Assembly: GCA_965221635.1 (NCBI GenBank)
Contig: OZ244902.1
Span: forward strand, 1-64,000
DNA: 64,000 nt
Direction: 5' to 3'
DNA from: Candidatus Aldehydirespiratoraceae bacterium
GTDB taxonomy: Bacteria; Actinomycetota; Acidimicrobiia; Acidimicrobiales; Aldehydirespiratoraceae
Within the stretch, counting starts at the first letter, position 1. Every line of letters begins with the position of its first letter. Positions 1-10,163 of this stretch are shown in pieces. The notes below the pieces were generated by a model, which saw only the letters and a list, made by a program, of their open reading frames with translations, was not told the DNA's origin and made no database searches. Made by a program: the position numbers and the translations under genes.

Positions 1-279
1 ACACCAAGTGTGGCCAGCTGCAGCCCACCACCCCGGTCGCCGGACCTCTGCGGCGCCGGGCCGGTCTCGGGGGTGCCGATGATCCGACCCGCGCCGAAGG
101 GAATCTCCGCCACCTCGCGCAAGCTGTCGCCCGTGTCCTCGGGCAGAGGATCCTCGTCGTCGTCGGGGTGATGGGCCGGCACCAACCAGGCGCCTGCGGC
201 CACCGTCTGTGCAGCCGCGGCAGGTCCCACACACGTCAGGGCCACCAGCAGCACGACGATCACAGCCGAGAACCTCATG
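1..279 (-). CDS. Partial secreted protein (N-terminus only; continues beyond window start)
   Basis: Minus-strand ATG at 279-277 opens MRFSAVIVVLLVALTCVGPAAAAQ..., a typical signal peptide, followed by an Asp/Glu-rich segment. The frame stays open to the window edge. It is not in the ORF track because no stop lies inside the window. Confidence 0.35.
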
Positions 280-544
280 AGCATCCACCGCCACGCCAAA
301 CATGGGGGCAGTTCATCCCGGTCCCGTCCAGCAACGAGGCTCGCCCGGCCACCACTGCGGAGTTCCGCGGCATCACCGTTGACCCAGCCCCGGCACCCCG
401 CCGGTCTCAGGTTCACACCGAGGTGTTCTGGTGAGGCTCACCTTGGAAGTGTCGCAAGTGAACCCTTGCGAGGCAACGCCCCGCACCCGTTGCACGCACC
501 CTGCCAACAACCGGCCACAGGCGGGCGGCGCCTTGGGAGGTTTG

Positions 545-1579
545 CTACTCCTCGAGCACGGGGTGATGGCAGGCCACGAAATGATCCGCGCTGGGCGCCT
601 CGCGGGTCGCGGATGGCCTCGAGGACTTCAACTCCACTGCCTGCAGCACCGGCTCCTCGGTGCGGCACCGGTCGTCGGCGCGGGGGCAGCGGGTGTGGAA
701 ACGGCATCCCGGCGGCGGCGCGATCGCCGAGGGCAGCTCGCCTCCCATGTCGGCGTCGGACATGTCGACGCTGGTGTCCGGCTCGGGCACCGCGGCCAGC
801 AGAGCCCGCGTGTAGGGATGAGCGGGACGACGGTAGATCGGCTCGGTGGCCCCAAGTTCGCCAACCTTGCCCAGGTACATCACCATGATGCGGTCACTCA
901 CCGATTTCACCACCGACAAGTCATGGGATATGAACAGCATGGTGAGCCCGTAGCGGGCCTTGAGGTCTTGGAGCAGGTTGAGGATCTGCGCCTGGATCGA
1001 CACGTCGAGCGCCGACACCGGCTCGTCACAAATCAGCACTTTCGGGTTGAGCGCCAACGCCCGGGCGATGCCGATCCGCTGACATTGCCCGCCGGAGAAC
1101 TCGTGAGGGCGGCGCCCCCCGAAGGAAGCGTCGATGCCCACCGCTGCCATCAGCTCGTTGACCCGGTTGCGTGCCTGCTCCTTGGTTTCGTCGCCCCAGA
1201 TGGCCAGGCCCTCGCCGATCACGTTGCGCACCCGTCGCCGCGGGTTGAGCGACGAGATCGGATCCTGGAAGATCATCTGCAGATCGGGCCGCACCCTCCG
1301 CAACGCTCTGCCGTCGAGCCCGGCGATGTCGGCGCCGTTGTACACCACCTCGCCAGAGTCGATCCCCACGAGGCGAACAATTGCCCGCGCAACGGTGGAT
1401 TTGCCGCACCCGGACTCGCCGACAAGCCCGAGCGTTTCGCCTTCGGCCACGTCGAAGCTCACACCCGAAACGGCTTGCACGGAGCGTCTGCGACCCGCCG
1501 CGAAGGTCACCACCAAGTCCTGCACACGCAACAGCACGTCGTCGCGATCTCGTAGCGGCGCGTGGCCCGATCCGGCCAT
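545..1579 (-). CDS. Peptide/nickel ABC transporter ATP-binding protein (DppF/OppF-like)
   Basis: Walker A GESGCGKST, ABC signature LSGGQCQRIGIARAL, Walker B LICDEPVSALD and a C-terminal oligopeptide-transporter extension. The ATG at 1579-1577 overlaps the upstream gene's stop by 1 nt (ATGA), which indicates translational coupling. The ORF-track N-terminal extension to 1792 is rejected. Confidence 0.9.
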   Translation of the reverse strand: MAGSGHAPLRDRDDVLLRVQDLVVTFAAGRRRSVQAVSGVSFDVAEGETLGLVGESGCGKSTVARAIVRLVGIDSGEVVYNGADIAGLDGRALRRVRPDLQMIFQDPISSLNPRRRVRNVIGEGLAIWGDETKEQARNRVNELMAAVGIDASFGGRRPHEFSGGQCQRIGIARALALNPKVLICDEPVSALDVSIQAQILNLLQDLKARYGLTMLFISHDLSVVKSVSDRIMVMYLGKVGELGATEPIYRRPAHPYTRALLAAVPEPDTSVDMSDADMGGELPSAIAPPPGCRFHTRCPRADDRCRTEEPVLQAVELKSSRPSATREAPSADHFVACHHPVLEE

Positions 1580-2739
1580 CAGCCCGTGACCTCGTCGTTG
1601 TCGTGCTCGTCGAGGCGGAGACCCGCGGCTGTGACCCCGGCGGACTCGTTTGCGCTCAAAGCCACCCGGCCGCGTTCGGTGCCCACCGGGTGATTGCAGG
1701 CGAAGCGCCGCAGGCCGATCATGCCGCTGAGCCCTGGTGTGCGGGCCAGGCAATCGGGTTGTGCGTAGCGGCACCGGGGCGCGAAGGCGCACTCATCGGC
1801 AGGGTTGATCGAATCGGGTGGCGAGCCGGGGATCGGGTCGAGTCGCCGCCCTTGGGGGTCGCCCAGCCGGGGAATCGACCGCAGCAGCGCCTCGGTGTAG
1901 GGATGGCGCATGTCGGCGAACAACGTCTCATGGTCGGCGGTTTCCACGAGACGGCCCGCGTACATCACCGCGATCTCATCGGTGTTGTGGCGTGCCACGC
2001 CCAGGTCGTGAGTGATGAGAATCATCGCCATGCCGCGCTCGTCGCGAAGGCGCTGAAGCAGATCCAGCAGGTGCTTCTGCACGGTCACGTCCACCGCGGT
2101 GGTGGGCTCATCGGCGATCAGCAGCCGCGGTCGGCACGCCAACGCCATGGCGATCACCACCCTTTGACGCAAGCCACCGGACAGTTCGTGCGGATACTGC
2201 CGCACCCTGCGTGCCGGTTCGGGCACGTCCACCTGCCCGAGAAGATCAACCGCCTCGGCGTGGGCCTCCTTGCGCGAGTAGCCGAGGTGGTAGCGAAGGT
2301 TCTCGGCGATCTGCTCCCCCACCCGTTTCACCGGGTTCAGCGAGGTCATGGGATCCTGGAACACCATGGTCATCTGCACGCCCCAGAAGTGCTTCACTCC
2401 CGACTCCGCCAGGGCTCGTACGTCCTGGCCGTCGTAGGTGATGCGACCCGAAATGTGAGCGCTGCGAGGCAGGAGGTTCATCAACGCCTTGGCGGTGACG
2501 GATTTGCCGGATCCGGACTCGCCGACGATGCCCAGGGTGGCGCCCTCGTAAAGGTCGAAGCTCACCCCGTTCACTGCTTGCACCAGGCCGCGTTCGGTGG
2601 GGAAGCTCACCCGCAGGTCGCGCACCTCCAGCAGCGGATCCTGCCCGGGGGGACGAACCGTCTCCAGGGTGTCCTCCACCACCGCGGTGTTGACCGGAGC
2701 GGGCTGTCGTTTCGCCTTGCGGGCCCGCGACCCGATCAA
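1579..2739 (-). CDS. Peptide/nickel ABC transporter ATP-binding protein (DppD/OppD-like)
   Basis: Walker A GESGSGKSV, signature LSGGLRQRVVIAMAL and Walker B LIADEPTTAVD. It overlaps the upstream permease gene by 4 bp. Confidence 0.9.
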   Translation of the reverse strand: MIGSRARKAKRQPAPVNTAVVEDTLETVRPPGQDPLLEVRDLRVSFPTERGLVQAVNGVSFDLYEGATLGIVGESGSGKSVTAKALMNLLPRSAHISGRITYDGQDVRALAESGVKHFWGVQMTMVFQDPMTSLNPVKRVGEQIAENLRYHLGYSRKEAHAEAVDLLGQVDVPEPARRVRQYPHELSGGLRQRVVIAMALACRPRLLIADEPTTAVDVTVQKHLLDLLQRLRDERGMAMILITHDLGVARHNTDEIAVMYAGRLVETADHETLFADMRHPYTEALLRSIPRLGDPQGRRLDPIPGSPPDSINPADECAFAPRCRYAQPDCLARTPGLSGMIGLRRFACNHPVGTERGRVALSANESAGVTAAGLRLDEHDNDEVTG

Positions 2740-3656
2740 AACGCCAGCTCCTTCACGTCGAAGTACTGACGAATGCGGTCACCGGCGTAGTTCAGGGCCA
2801 GCACCGTGGAGAACATCGTTGCTATCGGGAACATGGCAACGTTCGGGGAGTTCTGAAGGTCTCGGATTCCCGAACCGTCAACGATCATCTTGCCCCACGA
2901 GATGGCCTCGTCGCCCGCCACCGACAACCCCAGGAACGCCAGCGCGCCCTCGGCCACCACTGTCACGGCCATTCCCAGCAGCACCAGCGCGCCCATGGGA
3001 ATCAGCACGTTGGGCAGCAACTCGCGCACGATTATTCGACGCTTGGACGCGCCCAGCACCTGGGCAGCGGCCACGAACTCGCGCTCGGCAAACACCAGCG
3101 TTGCGGCCCGCGCCAGGCGACCCACCGGCGCCACCGACAACACCCCCAGAGTGAAGCTCACCACCAGCAGGCTGCGTTCGAGGGTGACGGTGATCAGGAT
3201 TGCCAGCACCAGCGCGGGGAACGACAACAACACGAAGAACACGAACCCGATGATCGGATCGAGACGGCCTCTGAGCGAGCCCGCGAGCACCCCGAGACCA
3301 CCACCGAACACCATTCCGAACACGATGGCGAATCCACCCACCGCCAGGCTCACACGCGCCCCGTAAACGGTGCGGGCGAACACGTCACGGCCCAGGGCGT
3401 CGGTGCCGAACAGCGCCCCCCACGAGGGCCCCTCGCGTGGGCCGCTCACTCCCACCTCGGTTGGGTCGGCCAGCGGCAGCCACGGCGCCAACAGTGCCGC
3501 CGCGGCGGTGAGCGAGATCCACCCGACCGCGATCCAGAACAGCACCCCGAGCCTGCGTCGCACCACCAGCGAGTCAGTGGCGGCGGCGCCGGGTTCCTGG
3601 GTGGACAACGACCGAACTGTCGCTGCCGCTGCCGAGCGCGCCGGTTGGGGTGTCAC
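2736..3656 (-). CDS. ABC transporter permease (DppC/OppC-like)
   Basis: Multi-TM hydrophobic protein carrying the binding-protein-dependent permease EAA-like motif (AAAQVLGASKRRIIVRELLPN). It overlaps the upstream permease gene by 4 bp. Confidence 0.88.
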   Translation of the reverse strand: MTPQPARSAAAATVRSLSTQEPGAAATDSLVVRRRLGVLFWIAVGWISLTAAAALLAPWLPLADPTEVGVSGPREGPSWGALFGTDALGRDVFARTVYGARVSLAVGGFAIVFGMVFGGGLGVLAGSLRGRLDPIIGFVFFVLLSFPALVLAILITVTLERSLLVVSFTLGVLSVAPVGRLARAATLVFAEREFVAAAQVLGASKRRIIVRELLPNVLIPMGALVLLGMAVTVVAEGALAFLGLSVAGDEAISWGKMIVDGSGIRDLQNSPNVAMFPIATMFSTVLALNYAGDRIRQYFDVKELAF

Positions 3657-4666
3657 GCGCCCCTCACCCTGGGATCAAGCCACGTGTAGAACAAGTCCAC
3701 CAGGAAGTTCACCATCACGAACGCCACCGCGATGATCACCACGATTCCGAGCACCACCGGGAAGTCGTCGCGGATCACCGCGGTGACTATCTCGCTGCCG
3801 ATGCCGGGAATGCCGTAGATCCGTTCAACCACCAGCGAACCACCGATCAGCGCTCCGGTGTTCACGCCGTACACGGTGACAACCGAGAACATCGACGGTC
3901 TCAGCGCGTGACGAAACATGATCCGGGTGGGGCTGAGGCCCTTGGCCCGTGCCATGTGTACGAAGTCCTCCTGGAGGGTGGTGATCAAATCGGTGCGCAG
4001 CAGCCGCTGGTAGATCGCCGCGAGGGGCAGGCCCAGAGTTAGCGCGGGCAGAATCAGCGAGTAAACGAGGCGCACGAAGTTGTCGTCCTCGTACGCGGAG
4101 GGGAATATCTGCCAGCGCAGCGCGAACACGTACAACAAGATCACCCCGAACGCGAAGTTCGGGATCGACACAAGCCCGAACGAGGTGATCGTGGACGCCC
4201 GGTCGAAGCCCCTGTTGGCACGGTAGGCGGCGGCCACACCCCACGGAATGGCCACTCCCAACGACACGATTTGGGCCATCACCAACAGCACGAGCGTTTC
4301 TGGGAGCTTCTCGCGGATCACTTCGCTCACCGGCTGGTCGTTTTGAAACGAGACGCCCAGGTCGCCGCTGAGCACTCCTCCCAGCCACAGCCAGTAACGG
4401 ATCGGCACGGGCTCATCGAGGTGGTACGCGGCCTTGGCCTCGGCCAGGATCTCGCAGTCGCCCTTGGAGCTTTGCAGCGAAGTGGCCACATCTTCGGCCA
4501 GCCCGGCCTCCACGGCTGTGCAGTCCACTCTCGCCAGGGGGCCCACCACGTTCACCAGCGGGTCGCCCAGGAAGTTGAGCGCCGCGAAGGCGGTGAATGT
4601 CACCGCCAGCAACACCAGCACCAACAGCACCAGGCGCTTGGCGATCCTGGCAACCATCAGCGGCAC
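3653..4666 (-). CDS. ABC transporter permease (DppB/OppB-like)
   Basis: Hydrophobic 6-TM permease of DppB/OppB type. Its N-terminus RIAKRLVLLVLVLLAVTF is typical of that family. It is the first permease of the operon. Confidence 0.88.
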   Translation of the reverse strand: MPLMVARIAKRLVLLVLVLLAVTFTAFAALNFLGDPLVNVVGPLARVDCTAVEAGLAEDVATSLQSSKGDCEILAEAKAAYHLDEPVPIRYWLWLGGVLSGDLGVSFQNDQPVSEVIREKLPETLVLLVMAQIVSLGVAIPWGVAAAYRANRGFDRASTITSFGLVSIPNFAFGVILLYVFALRWQIFPSAYEDDNFVRLVYSLILPALTLGLPLAAIYQRLLRTDLITTLQEDFVHMARAKGLSPTRIMFRHALRPSMFSVVTVYGVNTGALIGGSLVVERIYGIPGIGSEIVTAVIRDDFPVVLGIVVIIAVAFVMVNFLVDLFYTWLDPRVRGA

Positions 4667-4855
4667 CTCAACCGCAGCAGAGCGTCGGCCCTGCTGGTGA
4701 CCCCGGGGCGATCCACGGTTCGTTGGCGCACGCGCCCGGTGGATGCCATGTACACGAAGCTCATGCCGGAATCGGCCCGGCTACAAGGCGAAGCGGTCAT
4801 CCGCCTGCTTGTGGCCGGGCCGACTCTGGTTACAGGTGGTTCGTAACGGTGGCGC

Positions 4856-6697
4856 CTAGCTGAGCCAGATCTGCTGGAGCATCACGCGGCCCTGGTTGTT
4901 GCAGAACAGGTCGACGCCTTCGGGGGTTTTGTTGCCGCAGATGTTCTGCACGTTGTTGCGCGCGCCGATTGTCCAGTTGGAGCTCGCCAGGAAGATGTAG
5001 GTGTAGGAGTCCCTGATCTCTTCCTGCACCTGATGCCAGATCTCCACGCGGCGGTCGAGGTCGTCGATGGATCGCTGCTCGAACAGCAACTCGTCACGAT
5101 CCGGGTTGCAGTAGCGGGGGAAGTTCAACGACAGCAACTGGATCGACGAGCACTGCAGCCACAGCATGTCGTTGGTGGGCACCGGTTCGCCGAACTGGCG
5201 CCAGGTGACCACGTTGTACTGGCCGGTGATCACCTGAGCGATGTGGTCGTCCTGGAGCAATTCCTGTTCGGTGACGTTGAAGTAGTCCTCCCAGCCGTCG
5301 ATCATCAGATCAGCGACACGGGTTTGCAGCACCGAGGGACCCGAGTACTGGAACTCCATGTTGATCTTCCCGTCGCTGCAGTTGTCGGGCACATCCGCGC
5401 AGTAGGCGTCCACGAGCGGCCCGGCCAGCTCGGGCATGTCCACCAACTGCACCACGTCGGGATTGTTCCAGATCAAGTCGTCATGGAACATCGTGTCCGC
5501 GGCGGGGGCCACGCCCTGCACGATCAGGTTCACGTAGGTGTCGCGTGGGGTGGCGTGGGTGAGCGCCTGGCGTGCCCTGATGTCGTCGAAGGGCGGAACC
5601 TGGGAGTTGATCACCGCGAACCGCTCGTCGAGGCGAACGTTCTCGATGGTGTACGCCTCGTCCGATTCGCGCAGGGTGAGCGTTGCCTCGGGGTTCTCGG
5701 TGACCACCAGGTCGATGTCACCCGCGTTGAGGCGCTCGGCCGCGATCACGGTGTCGGTGATCACGTAAATCTCGATCCGGTCGAGGTACACGTCGATGGA
5801 GTCGGCAGCCCAGTAGTCGGGGTTGCGCACCAGCACCGTCACCTCGTCCTGGGTGCGGCTCTCGATCATGTAGGGGCCGGTGCCGATCGGCTTCTGGCTG
5901 AGGGTCGGGTCTTCCTTCACCGCTTCGATGTACTCCGAGGGAAGCACCTGACCCAACTGGCTGGTGATGGTGGTGGGGAATCGTGCGAACTCGTGTATTG
6001 GGTTGTACTGCACCGTGAGGTCGTCGATCTTTGTGATGGCGTTCTCCTCGGGGAACACCGGCCTCACCGCCAGCGACACGATGAAGTCCGCTAGCTGGGC
6101 CTCGAAGGTGGCGATCACGTCATCCGCGTCGAGGGTGCTGCCGTCATGGAAGCGCACGCCCTCGCGGAGTTTCATCTGCCACGCCGAGGGGTTGCCCTCC
6201 ACCTTGGTGAAGGACTCGGCCAGCAGCGGCACCCAGTTGCCTTGCGCGTCCCAGTATGCGAGAGGCTCAAGCACCGGGTAGGTGGTGATGTAGGCCGACA
6301 CGGCGAAGCTGCCGGCGGTGGGGTTCAGGTTGTCCGTTTCGGCTTCCACGGCCACCCGCAAAGTGCCACCGAACTGAGGCTCGGGCTCGGGCGGCGCCGC
6401 TTCGCCTTCCTCGCCGGGTGGCGGGGCGGTGGTGGTGGTTGTGGTGTCCACCGGAACGATCAGCGGCTCCTGTTCGGCCTCCTCACCTTCGCCTTCGGCC
6501 GGGTCGGAACCCGAACCGGATTCGTCCTCGTTGGAGCCACCCGAGCCGGAATCGGTGTTGTTGTCGTCTGTGGCGGTGACGGTCTGGCCGTCCGAGGAGT
6601 CCCCCGAATCGTCTCCGTCTCCTCCACACGCCGCGGCAATCAGCGCAAAACTCAACAGCAACGCCAAACAAGTGACGAACGAACGCAACGGCTTCAT
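4856..6697 (-). CDS. ABC transporter substrate-binding lipoprotein (family 5, peptide/nickel)
   Basis: A signal peptide with lipobox (MKPLRSFVTCLALLLSFALIAAAC) precedes a roughly 100 aa D/S/G/E/T/P-rich disordered tether and then a family-5 SBP core. ATG verified at 6697-6695. The upstream ORF-track start at 6781 is rejected. Confidence 0.85.
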   Translation of the reverse strand: MKPLRSFVTCLALLLSFALIAAACGGDGDDSGDSSDGQTVTATDDNNTDSGSGGSNEDESGSGSDPAEGEGEEAEQEPLIVPVDTTTTTTAPPPGEEGEAAPPEPEPQFGGTLRVAVEAETDNLNPTAGSFAVSAYITTYPVLEPLAYWDAQGNWVPLLAESFTKVEGNPSAWQMKLREGVRFHDGSTLDADDVIATFEAQLADFIVSLAVRPVFPEENAITKIDDLTVQYNPIHEFARFPTTITSQLGQVLPSEYIEAVKEDPTLSQKPIGTGPYMIESRTQDEVTVLVRNPDYWAADSIDVYLDRIEIYVITDTVIAAERLNAGDIDLVVTENPEATLTLRESDEAYTIENVRLDERFAVINSQVPPFDDIRARQALTHATPRDTYVNLIVQGVAPAADTMFHDDLIWNNPDVVQLVDMPELAGPLVDAYCADVPDNCSDGKINMEFQYSGPSVLQTRVADLMIDGWEDYFNVTEQELLQDDHIAQVITGQYNVVTWRQFGEPVPTNDMLWLQCSSIQLLSLNFPRYCNPDRDELLFEQRSIDDLDRRVEIWHQVQEEIRDSYTYIFLASSNWTIGARNNVQNICGNKTPEGVDLFCNNQGRVMLQQIWLS

Positions 6698-6807
6698 GGG
6701 GCTCTCCCTTTCGTGAAGCGGCACACCGATGGCCGCTGCGCCGATACTACGACACTGCGTGGCCGCCGTCACGACTTGCACTGCGGTGACGGCCCGCCGG
6801 CCGCTGC

Positions 6808-7614
6808 TCAGGGGTGCTGGTTGCTCACCGACACAGCCTCGCCGGTCATGTAACCCGAAAGGTCACAAGCCAGAAACACCATCACGTTGGCCACCTCCCA
6901 CGGCTCCGCGGCCCTGCCGAACGCCTCCTGCGATGCCAGGTGCGACAGCAGCTCCTCGCTGGTGACCTTCGCCAAAAACGGATGCCACGCCAGGCTCGGC
7001 GCCACACAGTTCACCCTGATGCCGTGTTCGGCGGCTTCAACCGCCGCGCAGCGTGTGAGTGCCATCACCCCGGCCTTGGCCGCGGCGTAATGGGCTTGGC
7101 CTCTCTGGGCGCGCCAGCCCAGCGCCGAGGCGTTGTTGACGATGGCGCCGCCGGTGCCCTGGGCGATCATGTGACGCAGCCCGGCGCGCACGCAGCGCAT
7201 GGTGCCCTCCAGCGTGACCCCCAGCACCGCCGACCACTGCTCGTCGGTCATGTCCACCAGCAGCGCCGTGCCGCCCAGTCCGGCGTTGTTGATCATCACG
7301 TCGATACCGCCGAGTTGTGTTGTGGCGGTGGCGACCATTGCCTCCACGTCGGCTTCGGAGGTGACGTCGCACACCGTCACCGCCGGGCGGCGACCCGTTT
7401 GGGTTTCGAGCTGGGCGGCGGTTTCGGCCAGTCGCCGCTGGTGGGTGTCGGAGATCAACACGTGGGCGCCTTCGATGAGGCAGCGCCGTGCCGCCGCGGA
7501 GCCGATACCCGTGCCGGCCGCGGCGGTGATCACCACCCGCTTGCCGGTGAGCAGGCCCCGCCCCGGGGGCTCGGCGGGAACGGGACTGGCGGTTTGCGCC
7601 GGAGGTTCGGTCAT
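6808..7614 (-). CDS. SDR family oxidoreductase
   Basis: Rossmann motif VITAAAGTGIGSAAA, catalytic Y-x3-K (YAAAKAG) and NNAG motif. Confidence 0.85.
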   Translation of the reverse strand: MTEPPAQTASPVPAEPPGRGLLTGKRVVITAAAGTGIGSAAARRCLIEGAHVLISDTHQRRLAETAAQLETQTGRRPAVTVCDVTSEADVEAMVATATTQLGGIDVMINNAGLGGTALLVDMTDEQWSAVLGVTLEGTMRCVRAGLRHMIAQGTGGAIVNNASALGWRAQRGQAHYAAAKAGVMALTRCAAVEAAEHGIRVNCVAPSLAWHPFLAKVTSEELLSHLASQEAFGRAAEPWEVANVMVFLACDLSGYMTGEAVSVSNQHP

Positions 7615-7697
7615 CGCCGGATGGCAAGTGCTCGGAGCAGGCTCCGCCGTGTCGGGGCCCCTGGAGCGGTCACGCCGTTGACACCCCGACGCGGTGC

Positions 7698-8624
7698 TCA
7701 GTCGCCGCCGGCGGAATTGGCGGCCATTTCGGCCATGCGACGCTCAAGGTCGGCGATGAACGGGTTGGGTTCCTGGCCGACGGCGCCGGGGAGCATCTCG
7801 GCTATCTCCTCGGGGGTCCAGCGTTCACCCGGCGCCCGCATGGAGCGCAGTTCTGCGGGCTGGTTCCAAACCGAGATCCGGCCGCCCACCACGCTGTAGA
7901 TCTGCGAGTTCACGCCACGGCCGGAATCGCTGAGCAGGTACACCACCATCGGGGCCACATCCGCGGGGTCGCCGGTCTCGAACTCGAAGGGAACGTTCTC
8001 GCTCATGCGTGTGCGGGCGGTGGGGGCGATGCAGTTGGCGTTGATCGCCGGGCCGCCCCGCAACCGGATCGCTGCGGCTGTCAACGCCGCGGAGCGGGTG
8101 AGGCTCACCACGCCGCCTTTGGCCGCGGAGTAGTTGGCCTGAGCGGTGGACGCCACGAACGCACCCGAGGTGAACCCCACCAGCGAACCGCCTGTGGGTT
8201 GCTTGCGCATCCGTGCCAGCGCCGCCCGGTACACGTTGAAGTGGCCCTTGAGATGAACCGCGACTACGTGATCCCATTCCTGTTCGGTCATGTTGAACAG
8301 CATCCGCTCGCGCAGCACCCCAGCGGTGCAAACCACCCCGTCGATGGAGCCCCACCCGTCACACGCCGCGGCCACAATCTGCTCGCCGACATCGAACACC
8401 GACACGTCACCCGCCACCGACACCGCCTCGCCGCCGGCTGCGCGGATCTCGTTCACCACCGCGTCGGCCACCTCCGCGGTGGGGTTGGCGCCGTCGATGG
8501 ACACGCCGTAATCGGCCACCACCACCCTCGCCCCGGCCTGCGCGCACGCCAACGAAACGGCCCGTCCGATGCCGCCACCGCCGCCGGTGACTGCGACGGT
8601 CTTGCCGGATAGGAAGCCGCTCAC
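7698..8624 (-). CDS. SDR family oxidoreductase (MFE-2-like, extended C-terminus)
   Basis: Motifs TGGGGGIGRA and YSAAKGG. Total length 308 aa. Confidence 0.85.
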   Translation of the reverse strand: MSGFLSGKTVAVTGGGGGIGRAVSLACAQAGARVVVADYGVSIDGANPTAEVADAVVNEIRAAGGEAVSVAGDVSVFDVGEQIVAAACDGWGSIDGVVCTAGVLRERMLFNMTEQEWDHVVAVHLKGHFNVYRAALARMRKQPTGGSLVGFTSGAFVASTAQANYSAAKGGVVSLTRSAALTAAAIRLRGGPAINANCIAPTARTRMSENVPFEFETGDPADVAPMVVYLLSDSGRGVNSQIYSVVGGRISVWNQPAELRSMRAPGERWTPEEIAEMLPGAVGQEPNPFIADLERRMAEMAANSAGGD

Positions 8625-8755
8625 AACAGTCCGCAGCCGTGTTCGACGGTCACCAGAGGTCCCCCGTGCTCACCGTGAACGCGGCGCCCAGCGCCAACCG
8701 GGCGCCCGGCGTGAGCAGGCGCCCGCGCATGCAGCTTTGCCATTTTGGCCGGGCC

Positions 8756-10054
8756 TCAGTCGCCGTTGTCGTCGGTCTGGCGACGCAGCGACGCCAGGAT
8801 GTCCACCCCGGTGGTCGCCTCGATCTGCTCGGTCATGGCAACCAGCGAAGCCGGAAGCTGGCTCATCAGCCCCGGAATACCACCCGAGGGTGAGCCGTTG
8901 CCGTTCGAACCGCCGTTGCCGCCCGCGCCGGTGTCCACCACGGCCACCCGTTCGATGCTCACGCCCTGAACGGTTGCCACGATCTTCTCGATCAGATCGG
9001 GCAGCATGGTGAGCACCAGCACGTCGTGACCGTCGCTGCCGGCTGCCTGGTACTGGTCGGTGATGCGCCTGAACACCTCCACCTGCGCCTTGCCGTCCTC
9101 GATGATCGAGGCCGCCTCGGCCTGGGCCTTGAGTTGTTCGGCCTCCAGGTGTGCTCTCGCGGGCACCACCACGTCTGCTTCGATGCGGCGCTTCTCCAAC
9201 TCGATGCGCTCATGTTCGAGTTGTTGGCTTGCCACGGCCTTGGCCGTTTCGCCCGCCACCAGGGCCTCCTCCTCGCGGGCTCGTGACACCGCTTCTAGTT
9301 CCGCGGTGCGCACCCGCAAAGCGTTTTGTTGCTCCACGATGGCCTTGTCCGCCTCGATCCTGGCGATCTCGGCGTTCTGGCGGGCGGCCGCCTCGGCCTG
9401 CGCCGCCTCCGAGGCGCGGTTGGCCTCGGCCACCTTGGCGTCGCGAACCACCTCCGCGGTGAGGCGCCGCCCCACCGACTCCAGGTAGCTCACGTCGTCG
9501 GTGACGTTCTGGATCTTCAACACGTCGAGATCGAGGCCGAGGGTCTTGATGTCGTCGTCGGCTTCGTCGATGAGCTGATGCGAGAACTTCAGGCGATCCT
9601 CGTTCACCTCCTCGGGCGACAGGGTTGCCAGCACGCCACGCAGGTTTGCCTCGAGTGTCTCCTTGGCGATCTGGCCCACATGGGAGGTGGGCTGGCGAAG
9701 GAACCGCTCGGCGGCGTTCTCCAGCAGGCCCTCGCGGCTTGAGATCTTCACGTTGGCGATGCCCTGAACGTTGAGCGGGATTGTGCCCCGCGAGTAGGCG
9801 TTGGTTACCGACACCTCCAACGGGATGGTGTTGAGGTCCATCCAGTCGACCCTCTCGATGAGCGGTATGCGCAGCGTGCGCCCACCTTTGAGCAGCCGGT
9901 AGCCCACCACACGTCCGTCGGAAAGAGCGCGTTTGCGCCCCGATATCACCGCAACCCGGTTCGGCGGACAAATCACGATGAGGCTCTTGATCACCAAGAT
10001 GATGAGAATCATCGCCAAGGCCACCCCGAAGCCGATGACCACTGCGTATTCCAT
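8756..10054 (-). CDS. SPFH/band-7 flotillin-like protein (YqiK-like)
   Basis: N-terminal TM helix, SPFH domain, and a long Ala/Glu-rich coiled-coil (AEANRASEAAQAEAAARQNAE...). The NfeD partner gene lies upstream. Confidence 0.85.
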   Translation of the reverse strand: MEYAVVIGFGVALAMILIILVIKSLIVICPPNRVAVISGRKRALSDGRVVGYRLLKGGRTLRIPLIERVDWMDLNTIPLEVSVTNAYSRGTIPLNVQGIANVKISSREGLLENAAERFLRQPTSHVGQIAKETLEANLRGVLATLSPEEVNEDRLKFSHQLIDEADDDIKTLGLDLDVLKIQNVTDDVSYLESVGRRLTAEVVRDAKVAEANRASEAAQAEAAARQNAEIARIEADKAIVEQQNALRVRTAELEAVSRAREEEALVAGETAKAVASQQLEHERIELEKRRIEADVVVPARAHLEAEQLKAQAEAASIIEDGKAQVEVFRRITDQYQAAGSDGHDVLVLTMLPDLIEKIVATVQGVSIERVAVVDTGAGGNGGSNGNGSPSGGIPGLMSQLPASLVAMTEQIEATTGVDILASLRRQTDDNGD

Positions 10055-10163
10055 TTTTTGCCTCTCTTCCCCGGCGTGTTGACCCTCGGACGGCGTGGTG
10101 GCGCCGAGTCGTGTCAGCCGATGTTGTGGATGTGTGTGACCTGCTTTTGAGGCAGGGGGTTGA

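Noticed and set aside
277-888. 203-aa and 374-aa plus-strand ORFs (277..888, 431..1555)
   Set aside because: They overlap the DppF-like gene on the opposite strand and have R/P/A-rich low-complexity composition.
1381-2769. 462-aa plus-strand ORF
   Set aside because: It is antisense to the two verified ABC ATPase genes. Its composition is rich in Arg/Ala/Pro/Gly, typical of spurious open frames in roughly 70% GC DNA, and it has no domain signatures.
5033-6094. 353-aa plus-strand ORF
   Set aside because: Antisense to the well-supported substrate-binding protein gene. It has His/Val/Gly-rich artefactual composition.
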